In this document: positions 35,998-46,554 of the stretch, piece after piece
How positions within the stretch are numbered: the first letter of the stretch is position 1
How the letters are laid out: every line of letters begins with the position of its first letter
From: Alphaproteobacteria bacterium
GTDB lineage: Bacteria; Pseudomonadota; Alphaproteobacteria; SP197
NCBI GenBank assembly: GCA_964291415.2
Contig: OZ219918.1
Coordinates: 1,024,001-1,088,000, forward strand
Direction of reading: 5' to 3'
Length of the DNA: 64,000 bases
Notes under the pieces: model-generated
The model's input: the letters and a program-made list of their open reading frames with translations, nothing else
Told to the model about the DNA's origin: nothing
Databases searched by the model: none
Made by a program: the position numbers and the translations under genes

Positions 35998-37608
35998 TCA
36001 AGCCAGTCGAGCGAGAGGAACATGCTCGTCGGATTCGGAGTGCGTGTTGAACTCCTGTTCGATCTTGGACAGCAGGAAGAATACTCCTTCGACTGCATTG
36101 GTGATTACAAGCACGTCAATCAAGTCGCGCTTTTGCAACGGCGGCTCCATTTCCATGTAGTGCGCTCGCACCTTGCGCATCATTTCTCCGCGATCACCGG
36201 TGAGCCGCTTCACGATGTCCCAGCTCATCCTGTCGTCGCTCTCCATCGCGTCGACCAGCGACAGGAACACGCCGTCGACGCTCTCGCGAACGCTTGTGCG
36301 GAACGGACCGAGGAGCGGGCGGTCCGGGTGCTCGATCAGCGCGCCGCACAGATCCCCGGTCGCGTCCTCGAGCCATGCAAGAAGCTTCTGGCGACTCTGC
36401 ATGGAGTTTCGTTCCTCGGCGCCTTGCGCGGGATGGATCATTTGGAGCTCACTCAGAAAATCGCTGATGTCGTGGAGCAGCTTCCGCGAGGCATAGCGCA
36501 ACGGTTCAAGGTTCTCGCCATGGCGCACCGCCTCGAAGTACTGCGACAGATTCTGAACCACGCGCCGCTGCTCCAGATCGACGAGCGGCAGGGACGTGTC
36601 GACATCGACGGAGGCGTGGTCGTGAATGAACCTTGGTCTTGACAACGAATCGGTTTGCGAGCTCGGCCACAGCCGTTCGAGCAATGCGGCCGACCATCCC
36701 AAGCCAGCGAGCATGACAGGAAGGGGAAGCACGCTGATCAGGACATAGACAAGCGCAAGCTGCTGGTCCAGGTCGAGATCGACAGCGAGGACCAACGCCT
36801 TCATCAAGGGGATATCGAAGTAGAGTTCGCAGTAGAGCAGCGGCACCAGCACCACGCAGACCAGCACGTCGTAGAGCACCATGTACATGGCGACCTGACG
36901 CGATCGGCCCCTGAGACCTGCGGACAACAGATAGAGGATCACGCTCGAGCCGAAACAACTCCCATAGATGACCATGATTGCCTGGTCGACCGAGAAAACG
37001 CCGACGGTCGCCAGACCGATGCCGAAGACGCAGACCGCGTTTGCGGACTGCAGGATGGCTGTCAGCAGTGCAGCGACCAGAAAGGCGAGCGCCAGTGAGT
37101 TGCCCGTGTCTTCGAGCATGTCCCGAAACCACGGCTGCTGGGCCAGGGGCGCGGCAGCATCCTTGAGCAGGACCAAGCCGAGGATGAGCATGGCACCGCC
37201 GAAGAACGCCGCCGCAATGGGTCGGTATCTTGACAGGCGTTCGCTGGCAACCACTGCAGCGGACAGGCCCAGCAGGTAGAACGCGACCACCTTGATGTCG
37301 AAGGTGACGATCACGACCAGTAGCGATCCGCCCACGCATCCGCCGAGAATCAGCGAGAGCGCGCTCCGTGTCCCGATCAGCCCCGATCGCAGGATGCTCA
37401 CCACAATGAATGTCAGCGCGGTCATGCTCTGGGTTATGCCGCCAGCGACGAATCCCCAGAGCAGCGCCGAGAAACGGTTGGTCGTCCATCGACTGGCGGA
37501 CCATCGCAGGCGCCTGCCTGCCAGTGTCTTCAGATTCTCCGTGAGGAGCCACATTCCCGCGATCAACAGGCCGACTCCGCCGGCAACTCCGGCAAAGAGT
37601 TCGGTCAT
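35998..37608 (-). CDS. Na+/Pi cotransporter family protein
   Basis: GGVGLLIAGM, duplicated TQS/LQS-type motifs in the TM region, PRFI linker and helical PhoU-like C-terminus. Confidence 0.82.
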   Translation of the reverse strand: MTELFAGVAGGVGLLIAGMWLLTENLKTLAGRRLRWSASRWTTNRFSALLWGFVAGGITQSMTALTFIVVSILRSGLIGTRSALSLILGGCVGGSLLVVIVTFDIKVVAFYLLGLSAAVVASERLSRYRPIAAAFFGGAMLILGLVLLKDAAAPLAQQPWFRDMLEDTGNSLALAFLVAALLTAILQSANAVCVFGIGLATVGVFSVDQAIMVIYGSCFGSSVILYLLSAGLRGRSRQVAMYMVLYDVLVCVVLVPLLYCELYFDIPLMKALVLAVDLDLDQQLALVYVLISVLPLPVMLAGLGWSAALLERLWPSSQTDSLSRPRFIHDHASVDVDTSLPLVDLEQRRVVQNLSQYFEAVRHGENLEPLRYASRKLLHDISDFLSELQMIHPAQGAEERNSMQSRQKLLAWLEDATGDLCGALIEHPDRPLLGPFRTSVRESVDGVFLSLVDAMESDDRMSWDIVKRLTGDRGEMMRKVRAHYMEMEPPLQKRDLIDVLVITNAVEGVFFLLSKIEQEFNTHSESDEHVPLARLA

Positions 37609-37881
37609 GGCCGTGCTCACTTCGGTTTCGCCAAGCACGGACTCACCTGGCAGGCAGAGCCGGTGCGGTGGGTGCCATTCCTGGATGACGCTCGGGATGC
37701 CCTTGGCTGAAGACGGGTGTGTGTTCCTCAGCCCGCCGGTCGGGCTCAGTTCGGATTGTCCCGCCTCTCCCATCCTCCGGGGTACGGAACCGTTCAGCGC
37801 CGGCCTTCTCACTGCGCCGCTGATTGCCAGCGCATCGTGAAATTGGGTCTTGCGGTGTGTTCGTGTTCCGCCGGTATCGCC

Positions 37882-38130
37882 CTATGCCGCTGCACTTGCG
37901 ATGGTCAGTGTCGGCGTTGCCTCGTCCTTCTCGATAGTCGCCGTAACCTCGCCGCTGGCAACTCCGGCAGCCGAGGCGTTGCCCGGTGTGAGCGTGAGGG
38001 TCTCGTTGCTCTCCGCAAGCACGTCGCAGGCCAACGTTGCCGCGATCGTCCTCCCGGTGTCGCCGGCGACGACGGCGAACGTTCCGGTCGCCGCGGCGGG
38101 GCCCACGCTCACTGTGGCCGTGTCGTCCGA
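37882..38130 (-). pseudogene. Calx-beta-like adhesin domain remnant
   Basis: GTF.V.AG.T..TI......D...ESNETLTLT..NA......GE.TATI..DE..PTLTI; no signal peptide or credible start. Confidence 0.6.
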
Positions 38131-38687
38131 AGTCGCACACCCGCATGCTCTGTTTTCCCGCGGCTCGACCCGACGTCTTCAATGTGCACCGCAAACTCGA
38201 GACCTCATCCAACTGCCGCAGGCACGCGAAGATAGACGCTCACATTGCCGGCGCGCTTCCCCAGCTTTGGGGAGGTTCGGGAACAGTTTTCGGTGCTGCT
38301 CTGCGAAGTCGGCGACGACGGGAGAAGGCTTCAGCGCCGGACGATGATCGCTGCGTTCCGCGGTGCAGTCCGGGGAGCGCACCGGAACTGCCAGCAGCCA
38401 CTCCCAATGGTTGTCATTGACAATCGAGATTCCGACATGTGTGGCAGTCGAGAATCCAACACGTCGGGCGTGAGTTTGTCCCCGACAGGGCTTGGTGCCG
38501 GGCGTCGGACTCGGGGACTGATGAATAGGCCGCAGCCGGTCTTCGAGGCGCCATCAGCCGGTCCTCCGAGTGACGGAATGCGCTGTCCTTCGGCGCAAAT
38601 GCATCCGGCATGTCTGCGGCATCGTCATTTCCTGAAACCGCACACGTTCCAGTGCAATGAGGGCCGCCGGAAAGACGTTCCGGGCGT

Positions 38688-40298
38688 TCAATCCACCGCT
38701 GCCTGGACCCAGTCGGCGAACTCGTCGATGCGGATCAGCGTCGGACGGTCGGTCTGCCAGGCTCGACGCATGGCTGCGGTCACGTCGCTCAGACTCTGCG
38801 GTTCCGCGACCGCCATGCCGTAGGCGTGCGCAAGCGCCACGAAATCGGGATTTCGCGGGTGGACGCCGATCTCCTCGATCCCCTGTTCGCGCATGAATCG
38901 GGCGATCTGCTTGAGACTCCCGTTGTCCCACACGATGACGGGCAGCGGCAGGCGGTGTTCGACGGCCGTCGCGAGCTCGGCCACGGTGAACTGGAGGCCG
39001 CCGTCGCCGATCAGCACGGCGCCCGGTCGCTGTGGCGCGGCGAGCTGGGCTCCGATGGCCGCAGGAAGGGCGAAGCCCAGCGTTCCGAACCCGACCGGGA
39101 AGAACCACTGGCGCGGCCGGTTCGCCGGGAAGAGCGCGTAGCCCGAGTAGGCGATCTGTGTCATGTCGGTGAAGCAGAACCCGTTCTCGGGCAGTGCCTC
39201 CCGGATCGCAGAGATCACCGGTTCGTGCAGGCGCTCCAGCTGACCGAAATCTGCGCGACCAGCGTGGCGCGCTTCGGCGATGGTGTTCTCGCTGAAGCCC
39301 GCCTGCAGATTGCGTCCTTCGAGGCGCTGGATGATGCCGGCCAGCGACTCGCCGGCGTCTCCCAGAACGGCAACGTCGGGACGATAGTCGCGCGCCAATG
39401 TCTCGGCATCGATGTCGATGCGCAAAAGCTTCCCGTTCATGGGGAGGGTGTCCGAGACCCAGACGTCGGGCTCTGCCAATTCCGTGCCGATCGCCACGAC
39501 GAGGCCTGCGTTGCGGATGAATTCCTGAGTGCCCTCCTGGTCGAGCGTCATTTCCAGGGACAGGGAATGGTCGGCCGGGAGCACGCCTTTGCCCGCGATC
39601 GTGGGAATGACGGCGGCGCCGAGCCGCTCGGCGAGCACGCGAACTTCGTTTGCCGCTCCTGTCGCACCTCCGCCGACGATCATCACCGCGGGTCCGAAGG
39701 ACGTCATGAGTTCCGCGGCGGCGTCGAGCGTGGCACCGTCAGGCCACGGTCTTCCCGGCAACGGAGCGGCGTGGAGACCGCCGTCCCAGGGTGCAGCCAG
39801 AACGTCGAGAGGAATGGAGATGTGGCACGGGCGAGGCCGCGCGGAAGCAAAATGCGCGAAGGCGCGGTGCACAAGTTCCCCGGCCTGGCGCGGTGTCATC
39901 GCGATGTCGCTGAATTCCGTGATCGGTGCGGTCACCGCCCGCTGGTCCCGAATCTCGTGGAGGCGTCCGCGGCCCATGCCCAGATCGTCCGTCCTGCCCA
40001 CGGAGGAAAGGATCAGCATGGGCTGGGAGTCCGAATAGGCTTGGCCGATCGGGGTCGCGGCGTTCGTGATGCCGGGACCGCTGATCAGAAGACAGACGCC
40101 GGGGCGGCCGGAGACTCGTGCGTAGCCGTCCGCCATGAACCCGGCCCCCTGCTCGTGACGCACACCCACATGGCGGATCTCGGTCTCGGGCAGCGCCCGG
40201 TAGAAGTCGAGCGTGTGAACGCCTGGCATGCCGAAGACCGTGTCGACACCGTAGGCCTTGAGAAGATGGACGACTGCCTCGCCGGTTGTCAGTGACAT
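38688..40298 (-). CDS. ThDP-dependent 2-oxoacid decarboxylase (AruI/acetolactate synthase-like)
   Basis: VFGMPGVH, RHEQGAGFMADGYAR, GFGTLG, GDGG...WDN ThDP motif. Confidence 0.85.
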   Translation of the reverse strand: MSLTTGEAVVHLLKAYGVDTVFGMPGVHTLDFYRALPETEIRHVGVRHEQGAGFMADGYARVSGRPGVCLLISGPGITNAATPIGQAYSDSQPMLILSSVGRTDDLGMGRGRLHEIRDQRAVTAPITEFSDIAMTPRQAGELVHRAFAHFASARPRPCHISIPLDVLAAPWDGGLHAAPLPGRPWPDGATLDAAAELMTSFGPAVMIVGGGATGAANEVRVLAERLGAAVIPTIAGKGVLPADHSLSLEMTLDQEGTQEFIRNAGLVVAIGTELAEPDVWVSDTLPMNGKLLRIDIDAETLARDYRPDVAVLGDAGESLAGIIQRLEGRNLQAGFSENTIAEARHAGRADFGQLERLHEPVISAIREALPENGFCFTDMTQIAYSGYALFPANRPRQWFFPVGFGTLGFALPAAIGAQLAAPQRPGAVLIGDGGLQFTVAELATAVEHRLPLPVIVWDNGSLKQIARFMREQGIEEIGVHPRNPDFVALAHAYGMAVAEPQSLSDVTAAMRRAWQTDRPTLIRIDEFADWVQAAVD

Positions 40299-40303
40299 GG
40301 TTG

Positions 40304-41050
40304 TCAGTCCTCCTCGTCCTGCTCCGCGGCGACGGCGGCGAGCGTCGCTTCGAGTCCTGCAAAGAGGGAGCCCGTCTCGTCAGCCACGACCATCCAGGCG
40401 GTCCCGAGCGTGCGGGCCAGCCGGCGCTCGGCCGGTGTCCAGCCCGGCATGATCCAGGGCTTGCCGGCTTTGTTCGCAGCCTCGGCGATGGCAACAAGAT
40501 CCGCCTGGTCTTCTGTGTCGAAGCGGTAGCCGCCGCGTCCCTGCGAGAGCGCGAGGTCGGAGGGTCCGACAAAGACCCCGTCCACCGTGTCAAGCGCCAG
40601 AATGGCCTCGATATCGCTGAGCGCGGCGGCGCTTTCGATCATGGGATAACAGCGCTGCCGCCGATTTTCCGCCTCATACCAGCCCTCGGGCGGTGCGTCG
40701 TAGGCGACTGTCCGGCCGCCGGCGAAACTGCGCACGCCGAGCGGCGGGTACTTCGCCGCAGCACAGGCGTGCGCGGCATGTTCGACGCCGCCGATGTGCG
40801 GAATGATCACGCTGTCGCAGCCCATGTCGAGCGCCTGCTGGATGGGGATTGCCTCCGGCCCCAGGACCTTGGCATGGACCTCCAAACCCAGCGCCCGGGC
40901 GAAGACGATCAACCGGTCCGTGCGCTCCTGATCGAAGACCCCATGCTCGACATCCAGCACCACGCGGCGAAAGCCGAGCCCGTGTGCAATCTCGACCATG
41001 GCCGTATGGGGCGTCGAGAGCCAAAAGGCGATGCCGGACAGATCGGTCAC
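40304..41050 (-). CDS. HpcH/HpaI aldolase family protein
   Basis: LDVEHG, KYPPLG.RS, MIES, VDGVFVGPSDL. Confidence 0.88.
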   Translation of the reverse strand: MTDLSGIAFWLSTPHTAMVEIAHGLGFRRVVLDVEHGVFDQERTDRLIVFARALGLEVHAKVLGPEAIPIQQALDMGCDSVIIPHIGGVEHAAHACAAAKYPPLGVRSFAGGRTVAYDAPPEGWYEAENRRQRCYPMIESAAALSDIEAILALDTVDGVFVGPSDLALSQGRGGYRFDTEDQADLVAIAEAANKAGKPWIMPGWTPAERRLARTLGTAWMVVADETGSLFAGLEATLAAVAAEQDEED

Positions 41051-41054
41051 GGTG

Positions 41055-41744
41055 CTACTCGTCGGCCGGGATCGGACCGAAGCCTTCCTCGATCATCGCG
41101 GTTGCGCCCGAGAGTGCGCCCAGCCGCTCGCCATTCCGGAGAGCCTCGTTGAAGGGAACCTCCTCGGCCTGTTCGGCAATGGCGTAATCCACCCAGAACT
41201 GCGCCTCCTCGGGCGGGAACACGACGATGCCGTTCTCGTCGGCCACAACGGCATCCCCCGGGTTGACCACGACGCCGCCGACCGCGACGGGAACGTTGAG
41301 TGCGCCGCCGTGGGCGAGCAGCCGCGTCGTGATAGGTGAAGGCCCCCGGCACCACAACGGCAGATCCATCCGTCTGATGTCGCCGAAATCGGTGGCGCGA
41401 CCGTCGATAACGGCGCCCGCGACCCCGCGGGCCTTCGCGGCAACCGTCAGTGAACCGCCCCAGCACGCGTGACGGTCGTCCCCGCACCGGTCGATGACCA
41501 GAACATCGCCTTCCTGCACATACCCCAGAGCGTGGTGGAGCAGCGCGCAATCGGCGCCCGGGATGCGCACGGTGACGGCCGTACCGGCGATGCGGCGGTC
41601 CGGGATCACGGCCCGGATATCGGGATCGAGGAAACCGTGAAGCCGTTCATGGCCGACCGTGGCGGTCTCAACCTCTGCGAGACGCGCGGCGAGCCCGCCA
41701 TCGATCCGCTGGGGGAAGGGTCGTATGTCGAAGGTGGAGCCCAT
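41055..41744 (-). CDS. RraA/HMG-aldolase family protein
   Basis: AGTAVTV, GDVLVID, ACWGG, IDG..TD, V.VGGV.V.PGD.V.ADE.G; start 41744 or 41762. Confidence 0.88.
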   Translation of the reverse strand: MGSTFDIRPFPQRIDGGLAARLAEVETATVGHERLHGFLDPDIRAVIPDRRIAGTAVTVRIPGADCALLHHALGYVQEGDVLVIDRCGDDRHACWGGSLTVAAKARGVAGAVIDGRATDFGDIRRMDLPLWCRGPSPITTRLLAHGGALNVPVAVGGVVVNPGDAVVADENGIVVFPPEEAQFWVDYAIAEQAEEVPFNEALRNGERLGALSGATAMIEEGFGPIPADE

Positions 41745-41794
41745 CGCCTGACTCTCCCCCACAGCCGGGGAGCAGCGTCCGCGCGCGAGTGCGG

Positions 41795-42907
41795 CTAGAG
41801 GCCCGACTTGACGTCGTCGAAGACACGAATCACCGCCTCGCGTGTATCGGGCGCCATTTCCTCGATAAAGGTCCCCTTGGCCATCATGGCATCGGGATCA
41901 GCGATGCCGAGTTCATCGAGCGTCTCCCGAGCCACGAGCGGGAAGGCCTGCGTGTTGGAATGCCCGTAGCCGTACATCTCGATCAGATTCTTGCCGGCCT
42001 CCGGAGAGGTCCATGCATTGACGAAGTCGTACGCGAGGTCCTGCATCGCCGGATCGCCGTTGCCGAGAGCCAGGCAGCACACCCAGGTGAGGATGCCTTC
42101 CTGCGGGTCCATGAACGACACGTCGAGACCCTGCGCCTTCAGGTTCTTCGCCGATCCGTTCCAGGAGTATGAGAGCACGATCTCGCCCGCTGCCAGAGCC
42201 TGCTCGATCTGGGTCGGATCGGTCCAGTAGAACCGCAGGTTGGCGTGAATGCGCCGCATGATGTCGGCGGCCTCGGCGATTTCGTTCTCGTCCATGGTGA
42301 AGGGGTGGACGCCCAGGATGAGCCCGCAGACCTGCGCGAAGGCGTCGGCGGAGTCGAAGAACGCCATCTTCCCGGCGTAGCGCTCGTCGAGGAAGAGGTT
42401 GTAGGAGTTCTCCATGGGCTCGACCAGGTCCGAGCGATAGAGGATGGACGAATTCCCCCAGTCGACCGGCACGCCAATGACGTCGTCTGCGTAATGCAGC
42501 GCCTTGATCTCGCGCATGCTGGGGAAGATGTCGTTCCAATGCGTGAGGCGGCTCGTGTCCACCGGCCGGATGACGCCAGCGTCTGCCCAGCGGCCGATGC
42601 TGCTGGTGCAGGGGTGTGTCACGTCGGTCGTGTAGCCGCCGCGCAGCTTCTGCAGGGCTTCTTCGAGTTCGCCGAACATGCTGAATTGCGGTGAGGCGCC
42701 ATGCTGGTCGACATAGGCCTGGTGGAACTCCGGCAATTCGTATCCGGACCATTCGAAGACCTGAAGATCGCCGCCCGCGGCGCGTGCCGGCCGCATCGCT
42801 GCGGGGAGCATGAATGTGGAAAGGCCCGCCGAGGCGGCAAGCGACGCGAAGCGGCGCCGGTCGAGTTTGAAGTCGACGCCCCGGGGCGATGTGATCATCG
42901 TCGACAT
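41795..42907 (-). CDS. Tat-exported PotD/PotF-family ABC solute-binding protein
   Basis: DRRRF Tat signal with ARA cleavage site, FEWSGYE, PVDWG, YSWN, P.EG...W. Confidence 0.85.
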   Translation of the reverse strand: MSTMITSPRGVDFKLDRRRFASLAASAGLSTFMLPAAMRPARAAGGDLQVFEWSGYELPEFHQAYVDQHGASPQFSMFGELEEALQKLRGGYTTDVTHPCTSSIGRWADAGVIRPVDTSRLTHWNDIFPSMREIKALHYADDVIGVPVDWGNSSILYRSDLVEPMENSYNLFLDERYAGKMAFFDSADAFAQVCGLILGVHPFTMDENEIAEAADIMRRIHANLRFYWTDPTQIEQALAAGEIVLSYSWNGSAKNLKAQGLDVSFMDPQEGILTWVCCLALGNGDPAMQDLAYDFVNAWTSPEAGKNLIEMYGYGHSNTQAFPLVARETLDELGIADPDAMMAKGTFIEEMAPDTREAVIRVFDDVKSGL

Positions 42908-42995
42908 GTCTGAATCCTCCCTTGGATTGTTCCTTCTCCATGGCATTTTGAGGCAAGTTCGGGCGATTGGATAGCCCTTCTCCTGCATGACCGAT

Positions 42996-43115
42996 GCGTT
43001 CTTGTGTGTACGCTCATCATCGCTGCGAAGTTGAACGACCTCGCCCCCAAGGCCTGGCTTGCCGACGTCCCTGGCCGGGGATGCCGTAGAGCCTTCTGAA
43101 CGAGCTCCCGCCTCG
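42996..43115 (+). mobile_element. IS66-family transposase C-terminal remnant
   Basis: From 43010 reads TLIIAAKLNDLAPKAWLADV, with AFL just upstream and LNELP just downstream in shifted frames; resembles the IS66 C-terminal SLI.TAKLN..DP.AWLADVL...L.ELLP pattern. Confidence 0.7.
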
Positions 43116-43291
43116 GCGTCGGCAGGTTTGTCGTCAGCAGACATTCCCCCAACGGCTGTTCCCGGGGTTCTCCAGGGGTGAGGTTTCTCGACAGGATATG
43201 CGGCCTGCGTTGGGCGACTCCCTCCCATTTGGGGTATCGCGTTCCCGCCGTGTGTGTTTGGATCGGCAAATGAAGAGATCGGGAGCCGGAT

Positions 43292-44767
43292 ATGTCGAAT
43301 CAATCCCCCCCATCTGACGGGGACAAGTACGAAGTGCGGCCGGATTCCGCCGTGACCGCGGACTTGCGGATGTCGCGCGGACAAATGCTCGAACTTGGAC
43401 AAAAGGCGCTCGAACTCGTGGTGGAACGGATCGAGGGCTTGCCCGGAGAGAATGCCTGGGAAGGCGATTTCCGGCAGGTTCTCGAAGATCAACTGAAGGA
43501 GGATCCGCCCGAGGAGGGGCGGCCTGCAGACGAGATCGCCGAAAGGGCGGCGCGGGAAATCCTGTCGTACTCGACACGCCTGGATCACCCGCGCTGCTTC
43601 GGTTTCGTCCCGTCATCGCCCACCTGGCCCGGTATCGTGGCCGACTTCATGGCGAGCGGCTACCACGTCAACCAGTGCACCTGGCTGGTGGCGAGCGGCC
43701 CGAGCCAGGTGGAGCTGGTCGTCATCGACTGGTTCAGGCGCTGGATCGGCTATCCGGAGAACGCCGGCGGGCTCTTCACCAGCGGCGGTTCGGCGGCAAG
43801 CGTCGATGCCTTCGTGGCAGCGCGCGAGGCAGCGGGCCACCCCGAGCGCGCCACAGTTTACATGAGTGACCAGAGCCACAGCGCGCTTGCCCGCGCGGCG
43901 ATGATCGTGGGCGTCCGGCGCGAGTGCATCCGCATGGTCCCGAGCGACGCGCAGTTCCGCATGGAGATGGACGCGCTCACCCGGGCCGTGGCCGAGGATC
44001 GCGATGCCGGGCTCGCTCCTGTCGCGGTGGCCGCAAACGCGGGCACGGTGGGCACAGGCGCAGTTGACCGGTTGGAGGAACTGGCCAATTTCTGCGAGGC
44101 GGAAGGTCTCTGGCTGCATGTCGATGCCGCCTACGGCGGCTTCGCGTTGGTGACGGAGCGAGGCAAACGGCTCCTGCGCGGGATCGAACGAGCCGATTCG
44201 GTCGGGCTTGATGCGCACAAGTGGTTCTTCCAGCCCTACGAAGCGGGTTGCCTGCTGGTGAAGGACGAGAGCACGCTCAAGGATGCCTTCGCGGTGCGGC
44301 CCGATATCCTTCAGGATACGGTATGGGGGGCGAATCACCCCAACTTCTCGGATCTTGGCCTGCAACTGAGCCGCTCGGCCCGCGCTCTGAAGGTCTGGAT
44401 GTCGGTCCAGACATTCGGGATGGCGGCGTTCCGGCACGCAGTCGCCAAGGGAATGGACCTCGCCGCGCGAGCGGAGACCTACATTCGCGAGAGTCCGGTT
44501 CTGGAGAACATGAACCCGGTCACGCTGGGCATCGTGTGTTTCCGGGTCAATCCGGCCGACGATGATCTCGACGAGACAATGCTCGACAAGGTCAACAGGA
44601 CTGTGCTCGCCCGCCTGTTCTGGGACGACCCCGCGTTCGTGTCGTCGACGATGCTGCACGGAACATTCGCGCTCAGGATGTGCATCATCAACCACACCAC
44701 GACCTGGGATGACGTGCGCGAGACTCTGGCGGCTGTCGAGCGCTTCGGGCGCGACGCGCTCGCATGA
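43292..44767 (+). CDS. Group II PLP-dependent amino acid decarboxylase
   Basis: HPR.FGFVP, FTSGGS, HVDAAYGG, DAHKW (PLP lysine), SR..RALK.W. Confidence 0.9.
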   Translation: MSNQSPPSDGDKYEVRPDSAVTADLRMSRGQMLELGQKALELVVERIEGLPGENAWEGDFRQVLEDQLKEDPPEEGRPADEIAERAAREILSYSTRLDHPRCFGFVPSSPTWPGIVADFMASGYHVNQCTWLVASGPSQVELVVIDWFRRWIGYPENAGGLFTSGGSAASVDAFVAAREAAGHPERATVYMSDQSHSALARAAMIVGVRRECIRMVPSDAQFRMEMDALTRAVAEDRDAGLAPVAVAANAGTVGTGAVDRLEELANFCEAEGLWLHVDAAYGGFALVTERGKRLLRGIERADSVGLDAHKWFFQPYEAGCLLVKDESTLKDAFAVRPDILQDTVWGANHPNFSDLGLQLSRSARALKVWMSVQTFGMAAFRHAVAKGMDLAARAETYIRESPVLENMNPVTLGIVCFRVNPADDDLDETMLDKVNRTVLARLFWDDPAFVSSTMLHGTFALRMCIINHTTTWDDVRETLAAVERFGRDALA

Positions 44768-44863
44768 CGGCACGGTCCTCTGCCTTCCCGGCGTCCGCCG
44801 TTCTGGCGCAGAAACGACCCGCCCGGTATCCCTGCGTCCCGCCGCTCCGCACCGTCGGAGTTC

Positions 44864-45309
44864 ATGATATCCAAGCTTCTTTTCGCGTTTCCCGCCTTGG
44901 TTGCCGTATCGTGCGGCGCGCATGCGTCGGGCCCCTAATGTTCGAGGCCGAATGTCGCGAGGACTATGCGACCGTGGGAGAAATCACGGCCGGTCGCCTT
45001 CACCGCGACGTCGACATCGTCGCAAGCGACGGTGTCCCCTTCGTGGGAGGGCACGGCGGCCAGCTGTCCGGTATCGTGATCGTCCGGCAGGGAACCGGAA
45101 ACGACTTCCGTCTGGACGCTCTGATGGAACTGCGGTTGCCGGGTGCGGCCCTCTACGGTCAGGCGCGCCGTGAAGAAGGCGAGCTGCACCAGGGTGAGGG
45201 GAAGCCGAGGATGATCGGAGCCGAGGACGAGTTCGCGGGCGTCGAGGCCACCTGCACTGACTCGGTCCTGCAAGGGGAGACGCTTCTCATCGTCCACGAC
45301 TGTGTGTAA
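44864..45309 (+). pseudogene. Exported hypothetical protein, frameshifted just after its signal peptide
   Basis: GGAG RBS then MISKLLFAFPALVAVSCGAHA-SGP-stop; the coding-like frame continues MFEAECRED... to 45309 after a 1-nt shift in the GGGCCCC run near 44935. Confidence 0.55.
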
Positions 45310-45546
45310 CGCCGGCCAGGCCGCTGACTGGCCAGGATGCCGCATGTTCGAGGATAACGGTCGTCTCGCGACACCTCGGGGCAGCCGTCAGAGGGTGGCC
45401 CCGGGTCGGACGGGTGAACCGATACATGTGACATCGCCGGGTCCAGTACACGGCAACCGGTGTCCTCGGCGACATCGCGTATGACGCTTGCCTGGAGAGG
45501 GCTGTGCGCTCGGGAAAGGGAAGGGGCATCCACTCCGTCGCCTGCG

Positions 45547-46314
45547 ATGAAACAGACTCAATCATACATTGTCGGCGCGACCCCTCGTAGCGGAAGCACG
45601 CTCCTGTGCGACCTTCTCTCCGATACCGCAGCGGCGGGACAACCCCACTCGTACTTCCGGCGTGAAGACATCTCCTGGTGGGCGCATCAATTCGGCGTGT
45701 CGACCGCAGACTGGCGCACCGAGCACGAGTTCGATCGAGCCTACCTGGAAGCCGTGCGGCGGCAGGGGACCGGTGGAACCCGGGTCTTTGGCCTGCGGTT
45801 GATGTGGGAGAGCGTTGCCGGTCTGTCGACAAGGCTCGACTCCTTCTACCCGAATCTGGACAGCGACAAAGCTCGATTCAAGGCAGCATTCGGAGCACAG
45901 GTCTACGTGCATCTCTCCCGCGACGACAAGGTTGCGCAAGCTGTCTCGCTCCTCAGAGCGGAACAAACCGGTCTGTGGCATGTCAATGCCGACGGCACCG
46001 AACGCGAGCGGCTCAAGGCGGGCGAGGTACCTGTCTATAGTGGCCGGGATCTTTCGCGGCTTGTGACACAGATGGAGGAGCACGACAGGTGCTGGACCCG
46101 GTGGTTTCATGAGCAGGACATCGAGCCTCTCCGCATCACCTATGAGAGGCTTTCCGCGGAACCGCAGGCAACGTTGGCGACCGTGTTGTCGGCCCTCGGC
46201 ATGGACTCCGTGCTTGCGGAAGCCGCTGAGCCCAGAACCGCGAAACTGGCGGATCGCGTGAGCCGCGAGTGGGCAACGCGCTTCAGGGCGGAGAGTCGCA
46301 GTGCGCCCACATGA
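45547..46314 (+). CDS. Stf0-family sulfotransferase
   Basis: ATPRSGSTLLC (5'-PSB loop), FGLRLMW, L.R.DKVAQAVS..RA.QTG.W, ITYE.L. Confidence 0.88.
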   Translation: MKQTQSYIVGATPRSGSTLLCDLLSDTAAAGQPHSYFRREDISWWAHQFGVSTADWRTEHEFDRAYLEAVRRQGTGGTRVFGLRLMWESVAGLSTRLDSFYPNLDSDKARFKAAFGAQVYVHLSRDDKVAQAVSLLRAEQTGLWHVNADGTERERLKAGEVPVYSGRDLSRLVTQMEEHDRCWTRWFHEQDIEPLRITYERLSAEPQATLATVLSALGMDSVLAEAAEPRTAKLADRVSREWATRFRAESRSAPT

Positions 46315-46554
46315 TGCCTCCGGCGTGCGGACGGCCTTGCGCAGAGCGACTCAGGCTTCCTTCGTGGAACGGTCGTTCCGGGCTGCCCTCACCCGAGGTT
46401 GTGTCTCTGTCTCGTCAGAGAGGCTGACCTGCGCCCGTGTCGCGTCCCGATCAGCGGCGATGACGCAAGCCGTCGCATAACCTCCACGGCGCCCTCACGC
46501 CAGAGGCGCACCGTTGTTCTGCTGCACAGAGCGGTCGCCTCGTGTCAGACAGAC

